Source of the DNA: Acidobacteriota bacterium
GTDB lineage: Bacteria > Acidobacteriota > UBA890 > WLXD01
DNA: 64,000 nt
Reading direction: 5' to 3'
Assembly (NCBI GenBank): GCA_965248695.1
Contig: CBDFKD010000002.1
Span: 5,161,691 to 5,225,690, forward strand
How positions within the stretch are numbered: the first letter of the stretch is position 1; the number at the start of each line of letters is the position of its first letter. The notes beneath the pieces are model-generated. The model saw only the letters and a list, made by a program, of their open reading frames with translations. It did no database searches and was not told the origin of the DNA. Made by a program: the position numbers and the translations under genes. This document shows positions 50,525-59,004 of this stretch, in pieces.

Positions 50525-51559
50525 ATGACGAGCAACATGAATCGCCGGCAGCTGCTCAAGAGGGGCGGCGCCAGCAGCGCGCTGCTGGGCGTGGGCGACC
50601 TTTCCCCGCTGCTGGCCCCACGCATACTCGTGGGTCCCTTCGTACAGGAACTGCTCACGTACCGGCGCGCCACCCAGCTGCGACTCGTGCGTCAGGCCCA
50701 AGAGCTCGGTCTGGATGCCCTCGGCTTTTGCCTGTGGCCCATCGTGCCGGGGGGCGTGGAGATAATCCGCTACCCGGTGCCGTATGCCGGCTACGACCTG
50801 TCCCGGCCCACGGTGCCGTACCAGCGACGCCTGCACGAGACCGTGAGTGCCTCGGTGGCGGCCGGCATCCGGCCCTACGTCTACGGGCCGATGTTCCCGG
50901 ACCTACGCCGTTACCACCCGATGTTCGAGCGCATGAGGTTCGGTGGCCGCGGCATCCGTGCGGCGGACTGGGCCACTTGGAGCCCGCTGGCGCACGATGC
51001 CTGGAGCCATTTCCTGTTGCGCATCCACGCCGAGTACGGCGACGCGGTGGCCTACGTGGACGGTGTGGAGCCATTCACGCGCTACCTGCCGCCGCCCCCG
51101 AACCACTTCACGGCTCAGATGAGGCAGGCGCTCCCGGGCATCCTGTCGGCGGGCATCCACGAGCGTCACTTTAACCCCGGCGACTCCGACATCCCGCATG
51201 CCCGCGTCGTGGCTTCCGACGGCTGGGGCCGCAGCACGCGGCGCTGGCACTGGGGCCGCCCGACAACAGGGACGGGTCCCGTCCGCCGGCCCTTGGCGGC
51301 GCTGCCCCCGGGTAAGGCATCCGACCAGCGAACCGCTGAGGGCCAGGTGGCCTCCTACTTTCGTGGCGCTGCCGATACGGCCCAGGCGCAGGGCGCCGAG
51401 GCGTTCCTGGTGCTGCACACCCCTGGCTGGGTGGTGTCCTCGGAAAAGGAGGCCAAGGCGCAGGCCAACGACCCGGACCACTACCAGGGTCACCCGGCGG
51501 TGGCGAGTCTGCATGCACCGCCCTTCGGGGCCATCTATCAACAGCTGGCGGCGGCATGA
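50525..51559 (+). CDS. Secreted (Tat-like RR signal) hypothetical protein; candidate moron
   Basis: MNRRQLLKRGGASSALLGV; bracketed by terminator upstream and lysis genes downstream; start could be 50537. Confidence 0.5.
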   Translation: MTSNMNRRQLLKRGGASSALLGVGDLSPLLAPRILVGPFVQELLTYRRATQLRLVRQAQELGLDALGFCLWPIVPGGVEIIRYPVPYAGYDLSRPTVPYQRRLHETVSASVAAGIRPYVYGPMFPDLRRYHPMFERMRFGGRGIRAADWATWSPLAHDAWSHFLLRIHAEYGDAVAYVDGVEPFTRYLPPPPNHFTAQMRQALPGILSAGIHERHFNPGDSDIPHARVVASDGWGRSTRRWHWGRPTTGTGPVRRPLAALPPGKASDQRTAEGQVASYFRGAADTAQAQGAEAFLVLHTPGWVVSSEKEAKAQANDPDHYQGHPAVASLHAPPFGAIYQQLAAA

Positions 51560-51864
51560 GCGAGGAGCGGCTAGCGCGCATCGAGACGGCCGTGGCGCGC
51601 ACGGAAGCCAACGTGGCTGCCCTCAAAGGGGATGTCGAAACGCTCAATGAACGGCTGTGGAGGGGCAACGGCGGCAAGAGCCTCATGGTTCGCATAGAGC
51701 TGCTTGAGCAAACCCAGGTGACCACGGAGCACATCGAGCAGTTAGAAGCAGATCGAGAGAAACGAGAGGCAGCTCGCCGCTGGCACATCCGACACCTATG
51801 GGCCGCCATCGGAGCCGTGGTGGCCACCATCGTAGCCGGCTGGATCTTCGGAGGAGGGAGTTGA
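51556..51864 (+). CDS. Membrane protein (holin-like, C-terminal TM)
   Basis: …HLWAAIGAVVATIVAGWIFGG. Confidence 0.4.
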   Translation: MSEERLARIETAVARTEANVAALKGDVETLNERLWRGNGGKSLMVRIELLEQTQVTTEHIEQLEADREKREAARRWHIRHLWAAIGAVVATIVAGWIFGGGS

Positions 51865-52067
51865 TGAGCAAATTTTCGTTGTCTCAACGTGTAATGAAGC
51901 ATCTGGGCCCGTGGCAGCGCGCGCAGTCGCTCGCAGTGCGGATCGCTAAGGCGGTGGTGCTGGTGTGCCTAGCGTTCGGCGTGGTGTTCGCCGGGTTTTT
52001 CGGCAAGGTGCTGATCGTCGTCGTGCTGCTCGGCTGGGCGGCGCTGGCGGTGCTGGTGGGGCTATGA
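51864..52067 (+). CDS. Small membrane protein (holin candidate)
   Basis: AVVLVCLAFGVVFAGFFGKVLIVVVLLGWAALAVLVGL. Confidence 0.4.
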   Translation: MSKFSLSQRVMKHLGPWQRAQSLAVRIAKAVVLVCLAFGVVFAGFFGKVLIVVVLLGWAALAVLVGL

Positions 52068-52098
52068 GACTCGCCGGCCTGCTCGCCTGGGGGCTGCC

Positions 52099-52455
52099 AT
52101 GAGCGACGACAAGCGCCTGATTGCCGTGTTGGGAGGGCTAACAGGCGTCGGTGTCCTGCTGCTACTGCTGGGGCTGGCCTCCGAGGTCCGCACGGCGACC
52201 GGTGTCTCACCCACGAATCTGGGGCTCGTGCTACAGGCATTCGGCAAACGCCTTCTGGCCGTGACGCTTGGCCTGGGGGTGCACCAGGTGATCGACCGCG
52301 CCTTCCTGCCGTTCCTGCGCATTGAGCAGGCCTTTCGCCGGGAGGGCAAGTTCTCCACCGATGCCATGAGCAATGAGGAGCGCATGGTGTGGGTCGCCGG
52401 TTGGTTCTTGACCTTGGCGGTCATCGTCCTCGCCTTCGCCTCGGCGGCGAGCTAA
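52099..52455 (+). CDS. Membrane protein (holin candidate, 2-3 TM)
   Basis: Two hydrophobic helices; 118 aa. Confidence 0.45.
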   Translation: MSDDKRLIAVLGGLTGVGVLLLLLGLASEVRTATGVSPTNLGLVLQAFGKRLLAVTLGLGVHQVIDRAFLPFLRIEQAFRREGKFSTDAMSNEERMVWVAGWFLTLAVIVLAFASAAS

Positions 52456-52973
52456 TGGCCGGCGCGATCCAGGTCACAGCCGCGCTGTTGGCGGTGTTCT
52501 ATGGCGAGCTCGCCGGCGCGGGGTTGCCACTCGATCCGTTCGAGTCGCGGTTTCGGGCGCAGATCCAAGTGGAGTCGGCTTGGCGGCCCGAGGCGCGCTC
52601 CAAGTACGCCGCCGGACTCGCACAGTTCACCCCTGCCACGTGGAGCGACATCGCGCCGTACACCGAGCCCTCGTGCGCTGGCGCCCCCGAGACTGACCCG
52701 GCCTGCTCGATCCGCTCGCAGATCGTGTACATGCGCCGACTATTGATCCGATACAGCGACTCGGCGACCCCGGAGGACCAGTGGGCGTTTGCCTCGGCTG
52801 CCTACAACGGCGGTCCTGGATGGATCAGCCGCGAGAAGGCGCGGTGTGCGGCGGCTCCAGACTGCGAGCCGCGCCGCTGGTGGGGCCACGTCGAGCTGCA
52901 CTGTTTACGCGCCGCGTGGGCGTGCCGTGAAAACCGCGCCTACCCGCGCAAAATCGTCGCGCGGCTGCCGTAG
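52455..52973 (+). CDS. Lytic transglycosylase-type endolysin (SLT domain)
   Basis: QVESAWRPEARSKYAAGLAQFTPATW. Confidence 0.75.
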   Translation: MAGAIQVTAALLAVFYGELAGAGLPLDPFESRFRAQIQVESAWRPEARSKYAAGLAQFTPATWSDIAPYTEPSCAGAPETDPACSIRSQIVYMRRLLIRYSDSATPEDQWAFASAAYNGGPGWISREKARCAAAPDCEPRRWWGHVELHCLRAAWACRENRAYPRKIVARLP

Positions 52974-52980
52974 CGAAAGC

Positions 52981-53670
52981 ATGAGACTCCGCACTGCCAT
53001 TCTCCTCATCGCCCTCGCCACCCTCGTGGGCTTCGGTGCCGGATGGTGGCACTTCGCACCCTCGCTGCTGTCGCCTGAGGGGCTGGTCGGGCTGGCCTCG
53101 GGGCTGCTGGATCAGCAGCGCCGCGAGTCGCTGGCCCAGTACGAGGCGATGCAGGCGACCCACGCGGCCGAGATCGCCGCCTATGAAGCCGACCTCTCCG
53201 CTACAGAACGAGCGCTCGGCCAGCTGGGTCTCCGACTCGCCGAGCGCGATGCAGAGGCGGTCGAGGCGGAGCAGGCCCTTGGCCGCACTCTCCAGCTGGC
53301 GGCACAGCGCGAGGCGCAGCTGCGCGATGAGATCTTGGCGGCCGTCCCCGGGCTCGAGGTGCCCCTGGAGGAGCTACAGGCACAGCACCGCGGCGTGGTG
53401 AAGGGGTTCGAGCTACGGGTCAAGGCGCTGCAGCAGAGCGTCGAGACTCGTGACCAGCTGATCGTGAACCTGCGACAGCAGCTGGGTACCACTCGCCAGC
53501 TATACGAGACAACGCAAGCGCGGCTCGACCTGGCGGAGGCGCGGCGCAAGAGCCTCGAAGGACGGCGCGTGCGGCTAGCTCCAGCGCTGCTGATCGGCGG
53601 GATACGCGACCTGAGCGGCACAGACGGCTGGAGGGCTGGCGTCGCCGTCGGGATTGCGATCACCTGGTAG
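52981..53670 (+). CDS. Spanin-like protein (N-terminal TM + coiled coil)
   Basis: Start ATG 52981; MRLRTAILLIALATLVGFGAGWW then coiled coil. Confidence 0.5.
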   Translation: MRLRTAILLIALATLVGFGAGWWHFAPSLLSPEGLVGLASGLLDQQRRESLAQYEAMQATHAAEIAAYEADLSATERALGQLGLRLAERDAEAVEAEQALGRTLQLAAQREAQLRDEILAAVPGLEVPLEELQAQHRGVVKGFELRVKALQQSVETRDQLIVNLRQQLGTTRQLYETTQARLDLAEARRKSLEGRRVRLAPALLIGGIRDLSGTDGWRAGVAVGIAITW

Positions 53671-53722
53671 GAACCTCGAAGCTGCGCCTGACCAATCCGG
53701 TGCCGAGACGGTGAGGATGCAG

Positions 53723-54421
53723 CTAGCTGGAGTTGAACCGAACCTCTAGCTCCTTGACAACATCCAGCAGGGTTGCTGTCGACGCCGGTAACAATACGTA
53801 GTACAGCGGCTCTCCGTCTCCAGCACCGGCCCGCGGTTCGATAACAAAAACCTTTTCGGCGAGAGTTGCCGCAAATGACGTGACGCTGTCTTTGGCCTCG
53901 TAGGTCACGCGGTACCCGATGCGCAACGGGAGCAAATGGTGTTCGTCAGCGTAGGGGCTCACGGTTGCCGGTTCGAGGGTCTGCTCGACGAACTCCTGGA
54001 ACGCAGAGGAGAACATCCGTCGAAAGTCGATGTCGAGGGTGCAGATGCAGAAACTGTCCTGTGTCTCTGCGATGGGGACCATCGCGTCAACGTCGCACAG
54101 GCCGGACTCGACGAAACACTGCATGAGCTGGGCGTGGAACTCGTCCGCGTTTTCCGATGTGCCGAGCACCGTCGAGGAGATCCGCCGGGGCTCTACCCGC
54201 GTATGCATGATCGGCACCGCCGTGTCTTCGTCCAGCTGGTACGCGCCCCTCTCGAATACCACGGTATCTAGCCCGGCTTCGCCCAGGTTCGGGTTTACGT
54301 TGTTGAAACCGAACTCGGTGATGAGCTTGTTGCCAAGGCCTGCTGACAACACGGCCCCCGCAGGAAGCACGTCCGATCTAAAGATGCGCGTCTGGCTGAC
54401 GCTCAGTCGTCGAACCTTCAC
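53723..54421 (-). CDS. Hypothetical protein (232 aa), third gene of a toxin/HTH operon
   Basis: Translationally coupled to upstream HTH gene (4-nt overlap); no recognisable motif. Confidence 0.5.
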   Translation of the reverse strand: MKVRRLSVSQTRIFRSDVLPAGAVLSAGLGNKLITEFGFNNVNPNLGEAGLDTVVFERGAYQLDEDTAVPIMHTRVEPRRISSTVLGTSENADEFHAQLMQCFVESGLCDVDAMVPIAETQDSFCICTLDIDFRRMFSSAFQEFVEQTLEPATVSPYADEHHLLPLRIGYRVTYEAKDSVTSFAATLAEKVFVIEPRAGAGDGEPLYYVLLPASTATLLDVVKELEVRFNSS

Positions 54422-55092
54422 GCGACTATCCCCTGCTCAGCTCCGCTGGAGATTCCGGACGCCGGGCGCGCCTGAACCGAGGGGGCAATCGAGTCGTCCA
54501 TTGTGCTGGCGTAGTGGGAGATGTCGTCCTGCGGGATGAGACTACTGGCCCCTTGGGATTCCAGCCCGCTCTGGGGCACGCAGCTTGGTGCCAGATGCTG
54601 TTGGGTTGGTGCTCCTGGGGCGGGGTACCACCACATTGCCTTGCTGCCGATCGACGAGCCGGCAGAATGCCATATGCGAAGAAGGTCCGCGATCGTGATG
54701 GCAGTAGACGTATCCTCCTCTACTGCTCGGCCGTGGAACTCTGGATCCTCGTCAAACGAGGCCTGCCACAGGGTGGCAGGGCTGCGATCCTCGATCTCAA
54801 ACAGCATCTCACCAAAGCTCTCGAACCGCACCGACAATCCGATGTCGAAGATCTCGGCCAGCCGCTTAAGCGTCCCGATCCGCCCCGCCGGTTCGTTCGG
54901 ATCCTCTAGGCGGGAAATAGCTGACTGGCCGGTTCCGAGGAGTTCGGCAAGTTGCTCCTGAGATAGGCCCCGGTGCTTCCGGAGGATCCGAATCTGTGAC
55001 GCTACGACAGAATCGACGAACGAGTCGATGTAGGCATGCCGGTACTCTGGGTCACGAAACTCCTCGCGTAAGTGGTCTATGTCACGGGTCAA
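54418..55092 (-). CDS. XRE-family HTH regulator (HigA-like antitoxin with disordered C-terminal tail)
   Basis: LRKHRGLSQEQLAELLGTGQSAISRLE. Confidence 0.7.
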   Translation of the reverse strand: MTRDIDHLREEFRDPEYRHAYIDSFVDSVVASQIRILRKHRGLSQEQLAELLGTGQSAISRLEDPNEPAGRIGTLKRLAEIFDIGLSVRFESFGEMLFEIEDRSPATLWQASFDEDPEFHGRAVEEDTSTAITIADLLRIWHSAGSSIGSKAMWWYPAPGAPTQQHLAPSCVPQSGLESQGASSLIPQDDISHYASTMDDSIAPSVQARPASGISSGAEQGIVA

Positions 55093-55666
55093 AACGCTGC
55101 CTCCAATCCGCGTCGTCGATGATCGCTACTCGTCGCTTATTGGCTTTCGCACAACTGTTCCGGGGGTTCCACTTGCCGCCCACCTCGAACGCGCCCATCA
55201 GGAACGTGAACTCCGTGGTCTTGTCGATCGGCCCCTTGCACAATATGGGTCGTAGCTGCACTCCTCCGACTTGGATGCGGAGCTTGTAGAGATGCCGGTA
55301 CTTCCGTGTCGCGTCTTTGATTGGACCGGCAAGGAGCTCTGTCGAAACCGTCGGACCCTCTTCCCTGAGCAGTTTCGCCTTGTCGTTGAATCTGGCCTGC
55401 GCCCGACGCTGAAGACCATCGCGCCAGGAGGTAATCGTCCCCTGGCCTCTACCATCTACGTACTCATGCAAGGAGAAGATGGGCGTTGACGGTACCTTAT
55501 CACGATACTGTGATGCTGCGAGTTGACGGCGCTTTCGGCGACTCACCTGGCGGGCAGCGATTATCACGGGCCATCCGGCGGGTATCGGGCGCACCCCCCA
55601 GTTCCTCCCCCACCGTAGAAAACACCGTGCGGCCCTTCGAAAAGGCCGCCCGGCGCTTGCGGGCAC
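55082..55666 (-). CDS. Putative RelE/HigB-like toxin (phage gp49/DUF891-like); true start probably internal
   Basis: …RHLYKLRIQVGGVQLRPILCKG…FTFLMGAFE… resembles gp49-family; overlaps downstream HTH by 11 nt (toxin-upstream HigBA order). Confidence 0.4.
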   Translation of the reverse strand: MPASAGRPFRRAARCFLRWGRNWGVRPIPAGWPVIIAARQVSRRKRRQLAASQYRDKVPSTPIFSLHEYVDGRGQGTITSWRDGLQRRAQARFNDKAKLLREEGPTVSTELLAGPIKDATRKYRHLYKLRIQVGGVQLRPILCKGPIDKTTEFTFLMGAFEVGGKWNPRNSCAKANKRRVAIIDDADWRQRFDP

Positions 55667-55904
55667 GTCGAAGCCCCTCAGCTTCGCGCGGCGGGAAAGA
55701 TAGCACGCGAGAAGATCGCCGGCACTTCAGCTGCCTGCCAGCAGATGCGGCGCCAGGCATGGCACAGGTGCTCGCGGCCAAAAAGCGGTCTTGATGAGCA
55801 ACCAAAAGAGCGGCCGGAGGAGGTATCGTAGCGAACGTACCGTTCCGACCGCTCTTTCGTTCTTCGTGTACCGGGTGGTGGTGGGCTGGTGCCGGCTCCG
55901 GGCT

Positions 55905-55946
55905 TCCTATCTACGGGTCACGGGTTCGATCCCCGCCACCTCCACA
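55905..55946 (+). other. tRNA 3'-end-like fragment (T-arm GGGTTCGATCCCC + acceptor-like CACCTCCA); candidate att-site remnant
   Basis: T-loop consensus and acceptor 3' strand present but no foldable 5' half upstream. Confidence 0.35.
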
Positions 55947-56029
55947 CCGTTACCACCACACTAAACCTCCCGCGCACGTAGTCGTCAACGCTGATCGGCC
56001 ACTCGGGTACAAAATAAGGCTGGAGCATT

Positions 56030-56305
56030 TCATTTGCCGGCTTCGGGGGCAACGAAGATCTCCTTCGCATCGTGCGATGACAGCGTGATTTCCCGGTCCT
56101 CGTTATCGCCGATGTAACCAACGTCTGCGAGCGTCACAGTTCTTCCAACATCTTCCGGTGCTACCACGATGCTCAGAGGCAGTTCGGAGGATCTCGGAAA
56201 CATGTACATTCGCGTTAGGAAGCCGCGATTCACAGCCTCAGCCAACTCAGCGGCAGCAACGTCTTTCGTGATGCCTTCGATGCTCGCGTATTCAGCTACG
56301 TCCAA
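56030..56305 (-). CDS. Hypothetical protein (91 aa)
   Basis: ORF with upstream hairpin. Confidence 0.4.
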   Translation of the reverse strand: MDVAEYASIEGITKDVAAAELAEAVNRGFLTRMYMFPRSSELPLSIVVAPEDVGRTVTLADVGYIGDNEDREITLSSHDAKEIFVAPEAGK

Positions 56306-56355
56306 ATAGCGCCCCCCCGTTCGACGGTATACAGTCTCGATCTAAATAGCACCTA

Positions 56356-56407
56356 GCCCGAGGGTAGAGAGACAATCCGATCAGAGGAAGGTGCTCTCTA
56401 CCCTCGG
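56356..56407. promoter_or_regulatory. Perfect 15-bp-stem hairpin (cccgagggtagagag / ctctctaccctcggg)
   Basis: Directly read inverted repeat between two minus-strand genes. Confidence 0.5.
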
Positions 56408-56561
56408 GGGCTTGGATCTGGTCGCATCAAGAGCCTCAGCGGCCGGCGGATCAGGTTCGGGCGGCCCGCCGTGCTCATCGGTGCCGTGCGGAGCCCTGGG
56501 CGTGGATGGGAGCCGGGTGTCGCCGTCGGGATCGCGGTTACCTGGTAGGGAGGCGTGTGAT

Positions 56562-56774
56562 TTACCCCAACACCACTAGAGTATCGATCGTTGTCCCTAG
56601 CGCTCTAGCAATGCGGGACAGCGCGGCTGTAGAGCCGGGCTTGAGCCCACGTTCGATCTCAGACAGATATCCTGTAGCGATGCCCGTCTTGGCGGTGAGG
56701 TCGCGCACTGTGATGCCGTAGTGGGCGCGGAATGCAACGATTGGGCGTTCACCCTCCATAATGGCAAGTGCCAC
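56562..56774 (-). CDS. Short XRE-family HTH protein (Cro/CI-like)
   Basis: ITVRDLTAKTGIATGYLSEIERG. Confidence 0.7.
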   Translation of the reverse strand: MALAIMEGERPIVAFRAHYGITVRDLTAKTGIATGYLSEIERGLKPGSTAALSRIARALGTTIDTLVVLG

Positions 56775-56859
56775 CTCGTGCGGGATACGGCTCCCATCAT
56801 CTGCCTCGAGTGCGGCTAACCGATCCTCAAGTTCTTCCTTGCTGGCAACAAGGGCATCG

Positions 56860-56877
56860 TGAATTTATTGCAATTCA
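56860..56877. promoter_or_regulatory. Operator-like palindrome TGAATTtattgcAATTCA in AT-rich region upstream of HTH gene
   Basis: Directly read; AT-rich 56840-56890. Confidence 0.4.
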
Positions 56878-57032
56878 TAATTTCTGGATAATTTGCAGTT
56901 GCTTCTGCAGTTCACCTGTACTGAACGAAGACGAAGTGATCGACCAGTACGGCATCGCGCCCGAGCGGGAACACCAGAAAGGCCGCCTGCGGCTGATCAG
57001 CTTACGAGAGGCGTCTGCCTGAGAAGAAAGGT

Positions 57033-57119
57033 GCCATCGTGGCGAAATCGGCAAACGCACCCGGTTTGCGACCGGGCGGCTGTCTAGGCCTTGTGGGTTC
57101 GAGTCCCACCGATGGCACC
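57033..57119 (+). tRNA. Class-II (long variable arm) tRNA-like gene, Leu-type scaffold, non-canonical anticodon loop UUUGCGA
   Basis: Acceptor GCCATCG/CGATGGC, UG at 8-9, 3-bp D stem GCG/CGC with AAATCGGCAAA loop, anticodon stem CCCGG/CCGGG, 16-nt variable arm, T arm GTGGG-TTCGAGT-CCCAC, discriminator A. Confidence 0.65.
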
Positions 57120-57639
57120 TAAAGTACCTCCAGCAGCATCGAACCGTAGCCGCCGTGCCGCCACGATGGCGAATGTTACTTGTAACAGTATGGCGCAACG
57201 TGACACAGACCGTAAGGAACCGTCGAAGCCCGGCCCTGATGCCGAGCGGCTGAAGATCGACGACGATCCCGAGGAAGCCCTACAGCGGCTCCTGAAGAAC
57301 GCCCCCGCGCCAGAAGAACCGCGACCGCCCCGTCGACCGCGTTGACTGACAACAGCCGGTATTCAGCGACCGTCGCCACCCTCAGCAGATTTCAACAGGT
57401 ACATACTCCCGAATACCTTTGAACAAAATATCGGGTGGCCCTCGTTTCTTCGATAGGCCACCCGAAGAAGTCCCGTAGCTCAGGGACACCCGTCTCACGT
57501 GCCCCCTAGGTTAGCACAAGCGAAGCGCTCCACAGCGCCGGTTTTGAGATAACGAACCAAAGGTGGTCGTCGTGAATGCCGGTCGTGTCGTGAAAGCTGT
57601 CGCCGGCCTCAACAATCACCCCGCTGCACCAGCTGATCG

Positions 57640-57735
57640 GATTATGTCGACCTTCTTGCTGAACGCGTTTGTTAGGCGAGTAAATCTGCGCATGTTCATG
57701 CGCATGGTCAGGTTCTGCCGCTCGATTCGCCGGAG
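57640..57735 (-). pseudogene. C-terminal fragment of an IS1-family transposase (…ERQNLTMRMNMRRFTRLTNAFSKK…)
   Basis: Matches conserved C-terminal motif of the intact IS1-family transposase at 59026..59895 but diverged in sequence. Confidence 0.5.
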
Positions 57736-57892
57736 AGCCGATGAGCTAGAAGAACTTCTCATCGAAAGCGTCGATGACCCATCCGACCTCGACCACGAGC
57801 GCGTCAAGGCTCTCGAATACAGCCAAGCCGGTATCAGGCCCCATACCTTCGCCGAAGACTACGCGCGCGACCACAAGCGTATCCATTCGGCA
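57727..57892. repeat. 165-bp segment duplicated (near-)identically at 62548-62712
   Basis: Directly read identity. Confidence 0.9.
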
Positions 57893-58098
57893 ACTAATGC
57901 AGATCCGAATCCGAAAATGAGAGCAAACCGCAACAGCGATCGCGTCGGCTGCGAGAATGCCCCCGGCAAACGGGTGCTGTCCTAATTTGAACTGCTCGAA
58001 GTTTATGAGTGATTTACAACGATTTATATCATGCAGGATGGACTCTCCCTTAACTTACTTTATACTTTCACTTAAATCGTATTGACGGGAGAGAGACT

Positions 58099-58701
58099 AT
58101 GGTTCTAGGCTCTGACAGGTTGTGGGAAACGGCGTTTAGGGGACTCATGGACCCGAAATTGCTTGTCGAAAGGTACCAGTACTTATCCAGGAAGCGACGC
58201 GAGATCGAGGGGAAGATGGCGGCCCTGGCGGAAATGCAGCAAGTCTTAGGGGTGGAATTGGACGACGTAAACGACCAGCGCGCCATGCTTTGGCTTCAGC
58301 TCGATCGACAGGCTCTGCTTGATCGTGACGATATCCGCGAGTATCTCGGTGACGCCACGAAGCCGCCTGGCATCAAGCGCGTGCGTGCCGAACAGGTAGA
58401 CCGAGACTTGATGAGATACCTGGCCAATCAAGATGGTCGGGAATGGCGCGTCCGGGACATCCTCACGCACAAGAACGCCATGCGGCTCGGCCATATGTCT
58501 GATAGCGGTGTTCGGGCGGCGATTAACCGCGCCATCGAGCGCGGCGAACTGGAGAAGACTGGCGGATGGGGGATCGTTCGCGTATCGGACCGAGGTAAGG
58601 AGTCTTACGGTCTTGATGCCGAGGCTGACTTGGAAGAACAAGACATGGACCTGGCCGAGAAAGAGGCCATGGAAAAGGAGAAGGCTAGGCCACCGTTCTG
58701 A
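58099..58701 (+). CDS. Hypothetical protein (200 aa) in low-GC island
   Basis: AT-rich upstream region 57990-58098; GGGAGAGAG RBS. Confidence 0.45.
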   Translation: MVLGSDRLWETAFRGLMDPKLLVERYQYLSRKRREIEGKMAALAEMQQVLGVELDDVNDQRAMLWLQLDRQALLDRDDIREYLGDATKPPGIKRVRAEQVDRDLMRYLANQDGREWRVRDILTHKNAMRLGHMSDSGVRAAINRAIERGELEKTGGWGIVRVSDRGKESYGLDAEADLEEQDMDLAEKEAMEKEKARPPF

Positions 58702-59004
58702 ACAAAGAGCCCGCCGCTGCGGTAACAGCGACGGGCTCCGACAACTTGTGATGGCCTCGTGGACAACAGACGGTCAAGTCGCGGGACTGGAAATCCCGAG
58801 ATCCCGGTTCGACACCGGGCGGGGCCTCACCTTTCTCCCCTGACAGCAAGGAGGGTCAGATGATAGCGCGAGCACCACCGTCAGCGCATCCCTGAACGCC
58901 GAAGGGGCCGGGGTGCGTCTCACGATGCTCCCCGGCCACCTATAAGTCGCCCGGCCCGCTGCACGAACAGCGAACCGGGCTAGATCCAAGACGCGGGCAT
59001 AGGC

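Larger units (their letters stand above)
27115..55670. mobile_element. Prophage-like element (siphovirus-type structural and lysis module plus cargo); no integrase or replication genes detected
   Basis: Contiguous co-oriented phage genes from methyltransferases/terminase through tail and lysis; AT-richer junction at 27120-27250; right side followed by a TA-like module and a tRNA 3'-end-like fragment. Confidence 0.6.

Noticed and set aside
55874-55944. Full-length tRNA at 55874-55944
   Set aside because: Only the T arm and acceptor 3' strand are canonical; the D and anticodon arms cannot be folded, so it is treated as a 3' fragment.
57091-57345. 84-aa ORF beginning inside the tRNA-like gene
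   Set aside because: Overlaps the tRNA; at most a shorter downstream peptide could be real, and there is no support.
57563-57985. 140-aa plus ORF and 57616..57807 minus ORF over the first 165-bp repeat copy
   Set aside because: They read through a transposase fragment and a duplicated gene 3' end in arbitrary frames; likely remnants, not intact genes.
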